From contig JAXLNO010000230.1 of assembly GCA_038087875.1 (NCBI GenBank), positions 248,001 to 312,000 on the forward strand: a stretch of 64,000 bases of DNA, written 5' to 3'. The first letter of the stretch is position 1. Each line of letters opens with the position of its first letter. The translations under genes were made by a program, and so were the position numbers. Below, in pieces: positions 48,287 to 60,780 of this stretch. Source of the stretch: Malacoraja senta. Its lineage: Eukaryota. Under the pieces are notes generated by a model. It had not been told where the DNA came from. It searched no databases and saw nothing but the letters and a program-made list of their open reading frames with translations.

Positions 48287-48643
48287 AATATGAGAAGTTG
48301 GATGTGAGCGCATAGTGATCCTCTATGATGTCATGTCCAATGCCAGCTTCTAGTTCTGTAATCACCAATCCTATGACAACTGTTTCTCCTAGCAATTGAG
48401 ATTGTGGCTACATCCACCAAATCTGAGAGTTGCCTTGTCCTGCGACAGAGACAAAGAGAGAAAGGGAAGAACTAATATCAGTGTATTACAGTCTGTGAAT
48501 GCTAAGGGAAAATAGCTTTCCAAGATTTTTTTCAATAAATTGGAAAGTTACGTGAAAGATAGTGTAGTTTTTCTTTCTGTTCCTTGTGCAATGCTGCTTG
48601 AACTAAAGACTGGGGTCCTAGAATGCACTGAAACAATTGAAGT

Positions 48644-48735
48644 GTAAGAAAGAACTGCTGATGCTGGTTTAAATCGAAGGTAGACAAAATGCTGGAGTAA
48701 CTCAGCGGGACAGGCAGCATCTCTGGAGAGAAGGA
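48644..48735 (-). mobile_element. Penelope pLTR tail fragment
   Basis: Reverse complement of the tail seen at ~39695-39785. Confidence 0.7.
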
Positions 48736-51104
48736 CTGAAACAATTGACTTTGTTTTAGATTCAAGAATGCTATTTGATGAATCAAGCTTACATATTCTG
48801 ATTGTTTATTCATGTGCGTAACTGTTTACCCTGCTTCCATAGGCTGCAAATTAAATTGATTATGTGCGTACTGTAAGTTATATGTCATCCAAGGCAGATA
48901 CCCGAACAGGAGTCATATCTTTGTGGCTTAATCTCAATACAGGCATCCACATAAGACGATCAGGTTAGGTCAGAATGTATTTTGTTTATGCAGTATGAAA
49001 AACAACAATGCAAATGACTCCATTGAGCAGATGCTAAATGTTAGGACCTCGGGTTAGTTGAAAGTAAATCTGTTAATTTTTCATCATTGTCAGTTTATAT
49101 TGAATGGTTGGAAAATGTAAGGTTTCGAGTTTTGTTTTTTCCCTCAAGCACTAAACAAAGTTTGGCCAATAGATTCTGAGGGTTCTGCATTATGGCTTTA
49201 AGATAAACCTTGGAAATTATAAGGAAGCTATTCAGTCCTTCATGTTTACATCAGTGCTAATTAGTTTGAGCAAAATAGGCAGCAGATCTCCACTGTTCTA
49301 CAAAGTTTCTAAACAATGTATTGACATGTGACTGGCACACTTGCCATCAAATAGTTTTACAATAAAAACTCAGATAATAGTTTCTGATGCCGGACTAGCT
49401 GATTTACCAGAACTGTTGGATGTTCCTTAATACCTTACATGCTTTTATTTCATTGTTTGCATGCTACACGACAGGATAATATTTTCAATGTATCCGATGA
49501 GTTTACAAGGAGCTGGCAATAGAATCCAGTAAATTCTAACCCCTAGTGTTCCTGACACAGACTGCACTACTGGCCCACACTCTGGATCCTTGGTTCTGGC
49601 CATCCACCTGATCTGCACTCTGGACCTCCAGTTCCAGCTGCACATCCAGCCCACATACTCCGGACCCACCGGCTCACACTCCTAACTAATGAGCGAGCCA
49701 AATGCTGAACCGATGGGAATTCCGAACAATTGGAGGCGTGTGAGGCGTTTTACTCCAGTTGGATTCCAAAATGTGAAATCCCGTCAATCACTGGCTGTTA
49801 CATAGAAAGTGTAACAAATCTGACTTACAGACTGGGAAAAAAAAAATTGTCTTATCAGCTCTGATGAAGCCTAGTGCCCAGAATTCCAGAACCTGAGAAT
49901 TGTGTCAGAAAGACAGAACAAGCTGAAATACACTATGGGTTAGGCAGCATCTGAAGAAAGAAAAACTGTGTTAATATTACAGGTCAAAGTTCTGACAAAG
50001 AGTATTTGACTTGAAACAGTAAATTTATTCTTGACCTGCTGAGTATTTAGAGCACGGTAGTTAATTTTGGTTTTCCAACATTTGCATTTTAAAATTTTCA
50101 TTGAGTTATGTACCATTGTATCATATCTAAAGCAACTACCATCCAATTTATGAAAATGTCTGGATTTGTGAGAGGCTCTCACCAAAGCAGATGGGAAAGC
50201 CAAAATTCTGCCCCCAAACACTTTTAGCAGCACTCCCAGAAAAGAGTAAAGGCAATCTGACTCAACAGACTTTTCTGATACCTATTTACATTCTTCCTTT
50301 TCAAAAAATGTAGAAAAATATTAATATGTCTTTTAGTAATAACCCTGAATACTACACTTCAGAAAGTCTGCAAAAACCATTCAATGATCAAAGAGGAGAG
50401 CTACAATGTGAAGCCTTTTATCCTCCTCAAAATATTTCAATACCATTCTCACAGCACAATGTTATGGTGCATGAGTGTTGTTTGTATGCACTGAATGAAG
50501 AATTTGAACCCAGGACACATTGAGATTGCAGACTGAAACAAAAATACAGCCAAGGGCCAAAGGCATGCTCTATGATATATTAGTTGAAAGGAATATTGCG
50601 CACTGAACAGAGCAGCGAATACAAGAAACAAAGCAATTGGTGTTGGCAACACAGGACTGAATTGACTCATGGGCAATGACTGCTCCAAAGCAAAGATAAA
50701 ATAATACAATTTCAGCGGAAATGTTCTGAAAGGCCTTGTGAAGCAAACAATTTCCCCAACTTGTAGAATCGAGCTAATTCATGTTATTTGGGGTACAAAA
50801 TCCAAAGAATGTGGGTACAGCACAACGTGAGATTCAGCACAACATGTCTCTATCAGCTGTATGTATGAGCATTTCAGCTGGTCTCTGTCCCTATACATCT
50901 GCAAATTCTTTCCTTTCTGGTACTCAAATTGCTCTCTTTTGAACACTACAATTTAATCAGGCTCCTCTCTAAACCCTGGCAGTGCATTCCAAATCCAAAC
51001 CAATCACTGTGAAATAACACTTTGATCAGGTTATATTGGGTCCTTTTGTGATCTCTTTCATTCTGTGACCCCTGCTTCCAATTCTATCATTACTGGCATG
51101 CTTT

Positions 51105-51325
51105 TTGAGCAAACAAAAACAATCTGTTGGAGGAACACAGCAGGCTAGGCAGAAAACAGTGGAGGGAATTGGACGGATGATGTTTCAGGTCATGACCCTT
51201 CTTCAGTCTGAAGAAGTGCCCCAGTCTGAAATATCATCTGTCCATTTCCCTCCACAGATAGTGCCCGACCCAATGAATTCTTCCAGTAGTTTATTTATTG
51301 CTCAAGATTCCAGCTTCTGCAGAGT
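51105..51325. repeat. Head-to-head inverted pair of Penelope pLTR/hammerhead remnants
   Basis: Centre ttcttcag-t-ctgaagaa (51207). Each arm reads ctgaagaag..gaaa.atcatc.gtcca outward. Confidence 0.72.
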
Positions 51326-51791
51326 CTTTTTGGCTCCCTTCATGTTTTTTAATACCTTAATCTAATTTCAGTTAGTCTTTCTACACTCTCTTTAAGGTTT
51401 TGACACATGTTCTCAAGCTTGACACCCAGTACTGGATGCAATGCTTTTTATGTTGCCCAATTAATGTTTTATAATGCTCTTTGTATTCTCTTCCTCTCTA
51501 ACGCATAGAATCCGATACTATTTTATCCATTTTGTCAACCTGCCCCACCGTGTTCTTAAACTACACATACATCCCTCTGTTCCTATACCTGTTTTAGAAA
51601 TATGCCCTTTAGAAATATTGCTTCTTCTCTGTTTTTTAACTAAAATATAAAACACTTTGCACGTTATTAAATTTTAACTAGTTCCACCAGCTTGTCAATA
51701 TCTCATTGAAATCTATTTCTGTTGCCATTTCACTTGACTACAATTTTTGTGCCATCTGCAAATGCAAGAGTGGGCCAGTGGCTCAACGGAC

Positions 51792-52066
51792 GACACATTG
51801 GCGCAGCAGTGGAGGTGCTGCCTTACAGCGCCAGAGATTTGGTTCAATCCTGACTAAGGGCAATGCATGTGCGGAGTTTGCATGTTCTCCCTGTGTTCTC
51901 CTGGGTTTTCTCCCACATTCCAAAGATGTACAGGTTTATAGGTTAATTGGTTTCTGTAAATTATCCCTAGTACGTAGGATAGAACTAGTGTACGGATAAT
52001 CTTTGGTCGCCGCAGACTAGGTGGGTCGAAAGGCCTGTTTCCACACTGTACCTCTAAACTAAACTA
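51792..52066 (+). mobile_element. tRNA-derived V-SINE (HE1-like)
   Basis: A-box-like tggcgcagcagtgg, B-box ggttcaatcc, V-domain ggagtttgcatgttctccc..ctcccacattccaaaga, (ctaaa)n tail. Confidence 0.82.
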
Positions 52067-53084
52067 GATGTGTTGTGAACATCCTTGTCGTGGTGGCCTG
52101 TGTGGAAGCTTGGTATGCACAAATGGGTGGCTGTTTCCTACAGTTCAAAAATACTTCCTTGGCTGTCAATCAATTTTTCTTCATTATGAAGAGATTTGAA
52201 AGACATTGTATAAATGCAAGTCATTTTTTTTGTAAATTCCAAAGCAAGTTGGTAATGTTCAGTACAAAACACATACTTTTTACATTATAGTCTAGAGTAA
52301 TGAGATGCTGTGATTGTGCTAATGCCAAAGGAACACTCAAACTTTCTGAACATTTAGTCAGACAGAGGCTCTGATTGATCTTCTACTTGCAAGCATTCCA
52401 TTGTATCTCTGTTCATGTGATAATAGATAACCTAAACTAAAATAGTGGGAGAAGATGGTTCACACATTGTCCCCAATCTTTATACTTTATCAGAGGTTTA
52501 TCGATATAGATCCAGTCAGATAAAAGTGTGATCTGGTTATCCGTCATTATAGGCATCATTGGCCCTGTGCTTTGTAACCCCCCCCCTCTTCCACCAAGGC
52601 CTGCACTGTGAGAAAGGAATGGGTTGCCCAGTGTGGATTGAGTGCCATAACAAGAATAAACTAATAGTTTCTACTTGTATATTCCTCAAAAAAGGGCCTT
52701 TGGTGTCACTGTTACATCTATTGTAAACACTATGAGGGGGTGAAGGGGAGTCTTATCTGATCTCAATTCTGGTCTGGTTACTCATTTTGCAGGAATAATT
52801 CCGTCACTTTTTTTTATGATGTACTGTGACGTTCAATAGTCCTTTTTGTCTTCCCGTACAGTCTAAGAGAGAGCTATCTTTGTTCTTTACTCTATTTCTA
52901 CTTGCCACTATCTTTGTTTACCTACAGTCTCTCACACTGACTGCTAACTGATTTAAAGGCAATGAGCACATACGTTGAATGTCCTCATACGGAAATAAGC
53001 CCTCCCATGCTGCTCATCTTAATTTATACACAATATGTCAGAATATCACCCCTATACATTTGGTACCAGCTTTGATGCTTTACA

Positions 53085-53277
53085 ATATAACACCGTCTTG
53101 GAATTGTTGTTTGATATATATATATTTATATATATTTATGTATATATTTATATAATGGTATATGGACACACTGATCTGTTCTGTATTCATGCCTACTATG
53201 TTCTGTTGTGCTGAAGCAAAGCAAGAATTTCATTGTCCTATCAGGGACACATGACAATAAACTCTCTTGACTTGACA
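53085..53277 (+). mobile_element. LINE 3' tail remnant (Rex-like) with (cttga)n
   Basis: gcaagaatttcattgtcctatc.gggacacatgacaataaactctcttgacttgac; reverse complement of the tail at ~63735-63795. Confidence 0.6.
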
Positions 53278-53567
53278 TTAATCTTTTTCCATTTGCCTAT
53301 TTAGTTGCTGTACTGTACTTGCAGCCTGTAATTGTGGAAGATGTGATTTTTTAAATTAAATTAATTTAGTTTATGACTTAATTGTTTTTTGTCTTCCTCA
53401 AATTAAACACTTTTGAGTTAGTTGCGAAAAATATGCATCCTACATTTAATATTCTTTGATTCACGTGGTTGAAATGCAAGAGTTTGCAATGGCAGGCCAT
53501 GGCATGTTCAAATAATGCCCATGTTACTGTAAAATGTATAGGTTATCTTTTGATGTGCACTGGGAGT

Positions 53568-56500
53568 TGTAGGATGCCACCATGTTGAGTTTCTTCATCC
53601 CAAGGAGCCATTTGATGTGTAGTAGCCATTTAGCTTAACTCAGTATGTTATAACTATAACCAGTTACCTTTAAATTTTATCTGCCTGTAATTATGTGGGT
53701 GGCATTTATACGTAGTCGTAGGCGTGTTTGCGGCTGGTATTCTCGCGCAGACGCCCTAGTAATTAATTTAGTTTAGTTTGAAGAAGCATGGAGGAGAGGT
53801 CACAACTTTCCACCATGCACGAGTTTGACTACGAGTAAGATCAAAATGTACTTAAACAAGAAGAATTTTGGATGAATATCTTTTTGTTTTTACTACTACA
53901 ATAAAGAAACTGTTAATTAAGAGACTGTGTTTGGAAGATTTATCTTTGGACGGCATTGAATGTCACGTGGAGAGCTCGTGAATGCATTTCGATTATCCCC
54001 TGAACCCCTGTCTTCAATCATAGTGACTAGAGGAATGATCTGTCACTACATCTAGAATCGAAAGCTACCTTACAGCCAGGAGGTAGAAGATTGGTCCCAT
54101 AGAAGAGGGACAGAAGATTGGGCTGGATCTCTGGAGAGAGATTACTGCCAGAAGACTGGTTCCGTAGAAGTGGAACTGAAGACCGGTTCCGTAGAAGAGG
54201 AACTGAAGAAGTTAGATCTTTGCCAGAGATTGGTTTAGAGCCAATTAACCGGTAGGTTAATCGACAAAGCCACGAGACTTATCTGAAGATTGAAAACTTC
54301 ACTGATCGAAAACGTGAGTAGAACAGCTATTGTATTATGCTGTAAATTTGAAAGCCGGAACGCTTTAATTAGCTTCTTAACGAGATGCTGTGAAAGTTCG
54401 ACATTTGTCATATTTTAAAGTAAAATTACAGGCTCCGATAAAGAGTCTAGAGAAGTAGTAGAAGCAAGTTCTGCTAAGTTTTGGAAGGGAGCCAAGAAGT
54501 GAGTAAAACTGGAATCGTGGAACACGGCTCAGAATATTTATCAATCATGACAGAAGCAAACTGAAGAGGTCCTGTTTGTCCAATTAGCAGATTTGGCAGT
54601 CTGCCAAGACCTGTTTAATTCATGGAGCAAGAAAAAGTAGGTAAGCTGGGTGAACGAGCGCCACCAGAGGGAGCCGTGGAATCTTCAACAAGTAAGCCAG
54701 GTGAAGAAGAGCCGGAACAGAGATGATCTAGCCAACGAACAAAGAAGCCCACCGAAAAGGCCCGAGTTGCATTTCTGTAGAAATGCCAGATGGATAGAGA
54801 CAAGTTATGGAAGCAGATGATGAAGAAAATTAAAATCCAGAAGAAACTAATGGAATCAAAAGAAAATGCGAAGATAGTGCATTCCAATCTGGAGCAATTA
54901 TTCAGCCTTGGTCACGAGGTTGGAGAAAAGCAAAGCTCATTGCTCAGTTTACAACTGCATGAGGAAGAACTCAAAAGCCACAACCCAGTGGTTCCAAGAA
55001 AGATTGGAATTTTTTTATGAGTTTGTAAATTATGTGCAGAAGTGGTTACTTGAAATCGAACAACTTACGCACTCTACCGTTGAAAGTGCGATGCAAGAAG
55101 GTGCTGAAATGGAAGAGGAGATTACACCACATGATAGTATCTCGAATGTATATACACAAAGATCAAGACATCTATCTGGTTCTGTAGCCAGTTCCGCATC
55201 AAGGGCCTCTTCGCGAATGGAAGTCGAAGCTGATTTAGTCACTCTCACTACAAGCAGATGCCTTGGAGAAGAAACATGGGATTGAGCGAAAAGAAGAACA
55301 GCTGAGAGGAGAAGAAGAACAGCTGAGAAGACAAGAAGAACAGCTGAGAAGACGAGAAGAACAGCTGAGAAGACAAAAAGAACAGCTGGAACTAGCCACA
55401 AAGTTGGCGGTTAGCAAATTGAAGAAGGAGATAATGGAAAGTCAGAGTTCAAGATGCGGCTCTAAAGTATCTGATGGGATGAGCTCTTATTTGAGAAAAG
55501 GAACTGCTCAAAGGGAAACAGCAGCTGAATTAATCTACAGCCACCAGAGGAAGATTGGTCTCGCCATTCAAGTCTAGTACTGAGTAAGTGGATGGTCGAT
55601 AAAGCTCCATCTCAACCACAGGTAGTTAAACCGAAGCAAATAACCTTTGGACCATCTGTTAAGGCTCGTGACAAAACTTATCCAGTCCAGCACTCTCTTC
55701 AGAGGCCTAATACACAGGCTTGAGCAAGCCAAGATTGGCCGATGCCTGTTTATGATACGAAGAGGCCTAGTCAGGGACAAACAACTAGTCATAGGACTCT
55801 AACAAACCACCAATTCAGTATGCTTATCAGAGGCCTGCTTATCGTACGTCTGCGCCAAGCCAAGGATCTCAAGGTGAATTCTATGAATTGGTGAGGAATC
55901 AAACGAAAATCAGCGAGCTCATAGCTCAACAAAATCTCTCTTCCACCCTACCACCAATAGAAATTCCTAGATATGATGGTGATCCTTTGCGGTATGAAGC
56001 TTTCATAATGGTGTTTCATGAAGGATTAGAAATGAAAACTACTGATGAAAAAGAGCGCTTACGATTTCTGGTGCATTACACAAGTGGACATGCAAAGGTG
56101 CTTGTAGAAAGTTGTCTAACATAGGCCTGGAGGCCATGGCTATCGAGAGGCAAAAAATTTGCTTAAAGAACGTTGTGGTAACGAACAGAGGATTGCTAAC
56201 GCATACATGAAGACGGCCTATGCTTGTAAAGATATCAAGTCAGAAGCTGTGGAGACATTAAGTGAGTTTGCAATATTTCTTAGAGGTTGTTGTAGCTCGA
56301 TGAGAAATCTCGAACACATGGAGGAAATGAATGTTGTTAGTAATACTAGAGCCATCATTCTAAAATTGCCCTATAGGCTTAGAGATAAGTGGAGAGATAG
56401 GGCAGGCCAGATTATGGAAATGGAGAATCGAGAAGCCATGTTGCTTGACCTGGTGGCTTTCTTAGAAAGGGAAGTACGGTTCATGTTAGATCCACGCCAT

Positions 56501-59500
56501 GGGAGTATTCAAGATCCTAAACCAATTGCTACTGTCAAAGGTTCTACCTTTACTAAAACAAAAGGAAGACCAGGACCTAAGGGAAGTAGTTTTGCTACCA
56601 CTGTAATACCTGCAGAAACAAAAGGCGAAAAGGAAGGAGATACATCTACTTTCAAGCAAAAATGATTTTGTTTGTTATGTGATGAGGTTGGTCATACCAT
56701 AAGGTGGTGTCGGAAATTCAAGAAGGAGGAATATGAAGAAAAGATGGATTTCTTAAACGAGAAGTGAATCTGATTTGGATGTTTGGAAGTCCTATAACTT
56801 GTGATGTGCAAGCAGGATCAACCTGAAGCACTTCACACTGAGTAGAAGAAGCCGGAGCAAATAGCACAGAAGGAGAAGCCAGCTACTAATGATGCTGTCA
56901 CCTCACCTCAGATAACTGCCCAAATTGGGGCCGGGGTAGAAACCTATACCTTCTCTATCTTACCAGTACAGGTAAGGAGCAGCAAGGGGAATACAGTGTT
57001 GCAAACTTATATGCATTTTTGGATCGTGGAAGTTCGGCTACCTTTTGTACAGAAAGCTTGATGAGAAGGCTGGGCATTACAGGAGAAGAGTAATGAGAAG
57101 AGGTTAAGATTCTATTGCATACCATGAATGAGGAGAAATCCTGCGATAGTCATTACATTACAAGTATGGAAATATCTAGTCTGGATGAAGACAATTTTAT
57201 ACCAATATCTGATGTGTTTACACATGAGACCATGCCTGGTTGTTATAAAAATATACTCAGATATGCAGACTTGAAATAATGGCCTTATTTGAAGGATGTC
57301 AAGATACATAAAATAAATTCTGGTATCGACCTACTTATCGGAACGAATGCTTTGAAGGCATTGGAACCTATACAGACTGTGAGGAGCCAAGGGGATGGAC
57401 CGTTTGCTGTGAAAACCCTACTCGGATGGGTTATCTATGGCTCCTTGAGAAAGAACAATGAAAGCAGGAACCAGAAGAATTACCCTGCCGCTGCTGTTAA
57501 TCAAATATCTACTGGTAAATTAGAAAAGCTATTGATCAAGCAATACAATCATGACTTCAATGAAAGTACCAGTAAGGAATCAGAAGAAATATCCAGGGAA
57601 GAGTTAAAGTTCTTGGATATTATGAACTGCTCAGTGAAGATGATAGACGGACACTATTGTCTGAACTTACCTTTCAAACAAGAAAGTGTTAGTCTGCCGA
57701 ATAATCATTGTATGGCAGAGCAACGCACCCAGAATCTGAAACGCAGGTTTGGCAAGAATACGAAATTTCATGAGGAATATACGTCTTTCCTAAAGGATAT
57801 GATTGATAACGATTATGCCGAAATGGTACCAACAAACCAACTAAATTGGTCATGGAGAGCTTTGGTACATTCCGCACCATGGGGTGTATCACTCGAAGAA
57901 AGGGACCTCGAGGGTGGTCTTTGACTGTGCTGCAGCCTTCAAAGGAACATCACTTAACTGTCAACTTCTGAGAGGTCCAGACCTTACTAACTCACTCATT
58001 GGAGTTCTTATTAAATTCAGACAAGAACCGATTGCTTTGATGGCTGATATTAAACCGATGTTTCATCAAATCAAAGTATCAGAAAAACACATTGACTACT
58101 TGTGTTTCCAATGGTGGCCTGTTGGGGATGCACAACAAGATCTCGTTGAATACCGGATGAAGGTACATCTCTTTGGAGCAGTGTCATCACCAAGTTCTGC
58201 GAACTTTGCATTAAAGAAGACCACAGAGGACAATAAAGCTCACTTTCCAGAAGAAGTTATAACCACTGTGAAGAATAATTTTTATGTGGATGATTGCTTA
58301 AAATCCATGTCTACGGAGCAGGAAGCAATTCAAATGGTAAAACATCTGACTTCCCTCTGCAATAAGGGAGGATTTACGCTTTCCAAGTGGATCAGCAACA
58401 GCCGTGTTGTATTGGAAAGCATTCCACCAGATGATAGAGCCAAGGAGACCAGGGAGTTGGATTTGGACAAAGACAATTTGCCAATGGAAAGAGCATTGGG
58501 ACTGCACTGGTGCATTGAAACAGATGTATTTCAAGAGTGTTTCAAGAGTTTCAGATATATCTCAATTCAAGAGCGACCATGTACTAAAAGGGATATCCTA
58601 TCCGTGATTGGTACTGTTTACGACCTTCTGGGATTTCTTGCACCATTTACACTGCCAGCCAAGACGATTTTGCAGGATCTTTGTAAGGAAAAACTTGGAT
58701 GGGATGAGAGTATTACGCAAACTTCCTCTCACTGATGGACAGAATGGTTAGCAGATCTCAACAAGATCTCAGAATTCAAAGTGGACCGGTGCATGAAGCC
58801 TACTAGCTTTGGTAAGATCAGAAGTGTACAGCTGCATCATTTCTCAGATGCCAGTGAAAGTGGCTATGTACTGTTTCATATCTAAGACTGGAAAATTATA
58901 ACAAAGAAGTACATGTTGCATTCTTAATGGGAAAGGCCAGAGTGGCACCATTGAAGCAAATGACAATTCCCAGAATGGAACTTACTGCCACAGTCTTAGC
59001 TGTTAAAGTTGACATATTGCTGCAAAAAGAACTACAGCTTCAACTGGAAGAATCTATCTTCTGGACTGATAGTACTACAGTGCTTAAATATTTCAACAAT
59101 GAGAACAAACGTTTCTTGACATTTGTAGCAAACAGAATCTCTTTTGTATTGGGAGCTACTAATGTTTCACAATGGAAATATGTTAACACAAAAGAAAATC
59201 CTGTGGATGAAGCTTCTAGAGGCTTCCTAAGCAACAAGAGATGTATCAATGGACCAGAGTTTCTCTGTTGACCAGATAGAGAATGGCCAAAGCTTGAGCT
59301 AGAATTTGAAATCTCTGCTAATGATCCGGAGATTAAACAAAACATCACAGTGAACGTTGTTGCGAAAAATCCTGTTATTCTCTCCAAGGACTTTCACTTA
59401 TCAACATTATTGTTACCACATATTCATGAATCGATGGGACATGGAGGAAGAAGTTTCATGCTGTCAAAACTTTGGACTTTTGTGTTTTGGATTATATACT

Positions 59501-59983
59501 GGGTATCATGCCTGATGTTAAGGGTTTGGTGCACAAAGTACAACTTCAGAATAAGAACGATGTTTTAATAAGACCAATAACCAAGGTATGCTTGCTTCTA
59601 GAAGGCAAAGGTGAAGGTGGAAGAATCGCTAAAGAAGCCTGAATGCTGATATATAATGCATGCTTTTTTTAAATATATGTTAAGCTTTTTTTTTAATGTC
59701 TATTGGTAATTGCCTCGTTATATACTCAGAACAATTACTACAAGCATGGAGGAGAGGTCACAGCTTTCCACCATGCACGAGTTTGACTACGAGTAAGATC
59801 AAAATGTACTTAAAAAAGAAGTTTGGATGAATATCTTACTGTTGTTACTACTATAATAAAGAAACTATTAATAAAGAGACTATGTTTGGAAGATTTATCT
59901 TTGGACGGCATTGAATGTCTCGTGGGGAGTCCGTGAATGCGTTTCGATTATCCCCTGAACCCCTGTCTTCAATCATAGAGGAA
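53568..59983 (+). mobile_element. BEL/Pao LTR retrotransposon, decayed, integrase core and part of 3' LTR deleted
   Basis: LTR match 53784-54020 / 59742-59975. Gag IPRYDGDP, protease-like [33 protein letters not shown], RNase H LHHFSDASE, KARVAPLK..TIPRMEL, FWTDS. The 5' LTR boundaries (tgtag 53568 ... ctaca 54050) are approximate. Confidence 0.9.
55292..55390 (+). repeat. 21-bp coding tandem repeat (EEQLRR-type coiled coil) in BEL/Pao gag
   Basis: (aagaagaacagctgagaagac) about 5 copies. Confidence 0.9.
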
Positions 59984-60780
59984 AGATTCCTTGAACGATA
60001 TAAAAATCTGCCACGTGAAACAATTGCGCTATTAGCATAGGTGCTAATAGAAAGATTTATTGCAGGTATTACACATCAAATTCATTTATGTGGATTAATT
60101 TAAATTGGATTATTGTTTTAAAAAATGTACATTGGTTGATTTTTGGAAGGGCATGTATGTGACACCAATGTAAGGGTGTGTTAATTTACTCACAATTTTG
60201 TTAACTTCCTTTAGTTGATTGTACAAAAGCACCATGCCCCTGCTCCCCCCCACCCCATCCTTCCCAATTCCTATCACTGGCATAAATTGGCTTTCAAATA
60301 GTTTGGTGTTATAACATTTACGAAGGGCAGTTCTACTCAAGAATCGAAGAAGATAGCTCAAAAGTATCATTGCAGTTGTAATAATGTACCTCCTTTCATT
60401 ATCTTTGGTATCTTTGTTCCTTATTAACTATTTTCAAAAGTTGTGTTTTGTTACAAAATTCTGTTCACGTTTACCTGTTTCCATAGATAAATATTTGGCA
60501 GATCAACACGCAAATATTTTTTTCAATTTACTGTTGATTATTCCAACAGCCTTTCTTTCAGATTATGGAAATCTCTTCCATTGAATATTGCCGAAGCTCA
60601 AATTTATTGTCCTATTGAATATACAGGTTTTGTTAGAGTATTTAGTAGATTGTGAATAACATTTCAGAATATTATGAATAGTCTTTTGTGAAGATGATGG
60701 CTAAAGTGTTTGTATACGCTTCAAATGTGTATGTACAACATTCAAAGAGTAAATAAAAAAGGCATCAACCTGATAATATA

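Noticed and set aside
51792..51860. tRNA gene
   Set aside because: The A/B boxes belong to a SINE head followed by a V-domain and LINE tail; no cloverleaf.
55292..55390. Regular short repeats as a CRISPR array
   Set aside because: Head-to-tail 21-mers without spacers, encoding a coiled coil in BEL/Pao gag.
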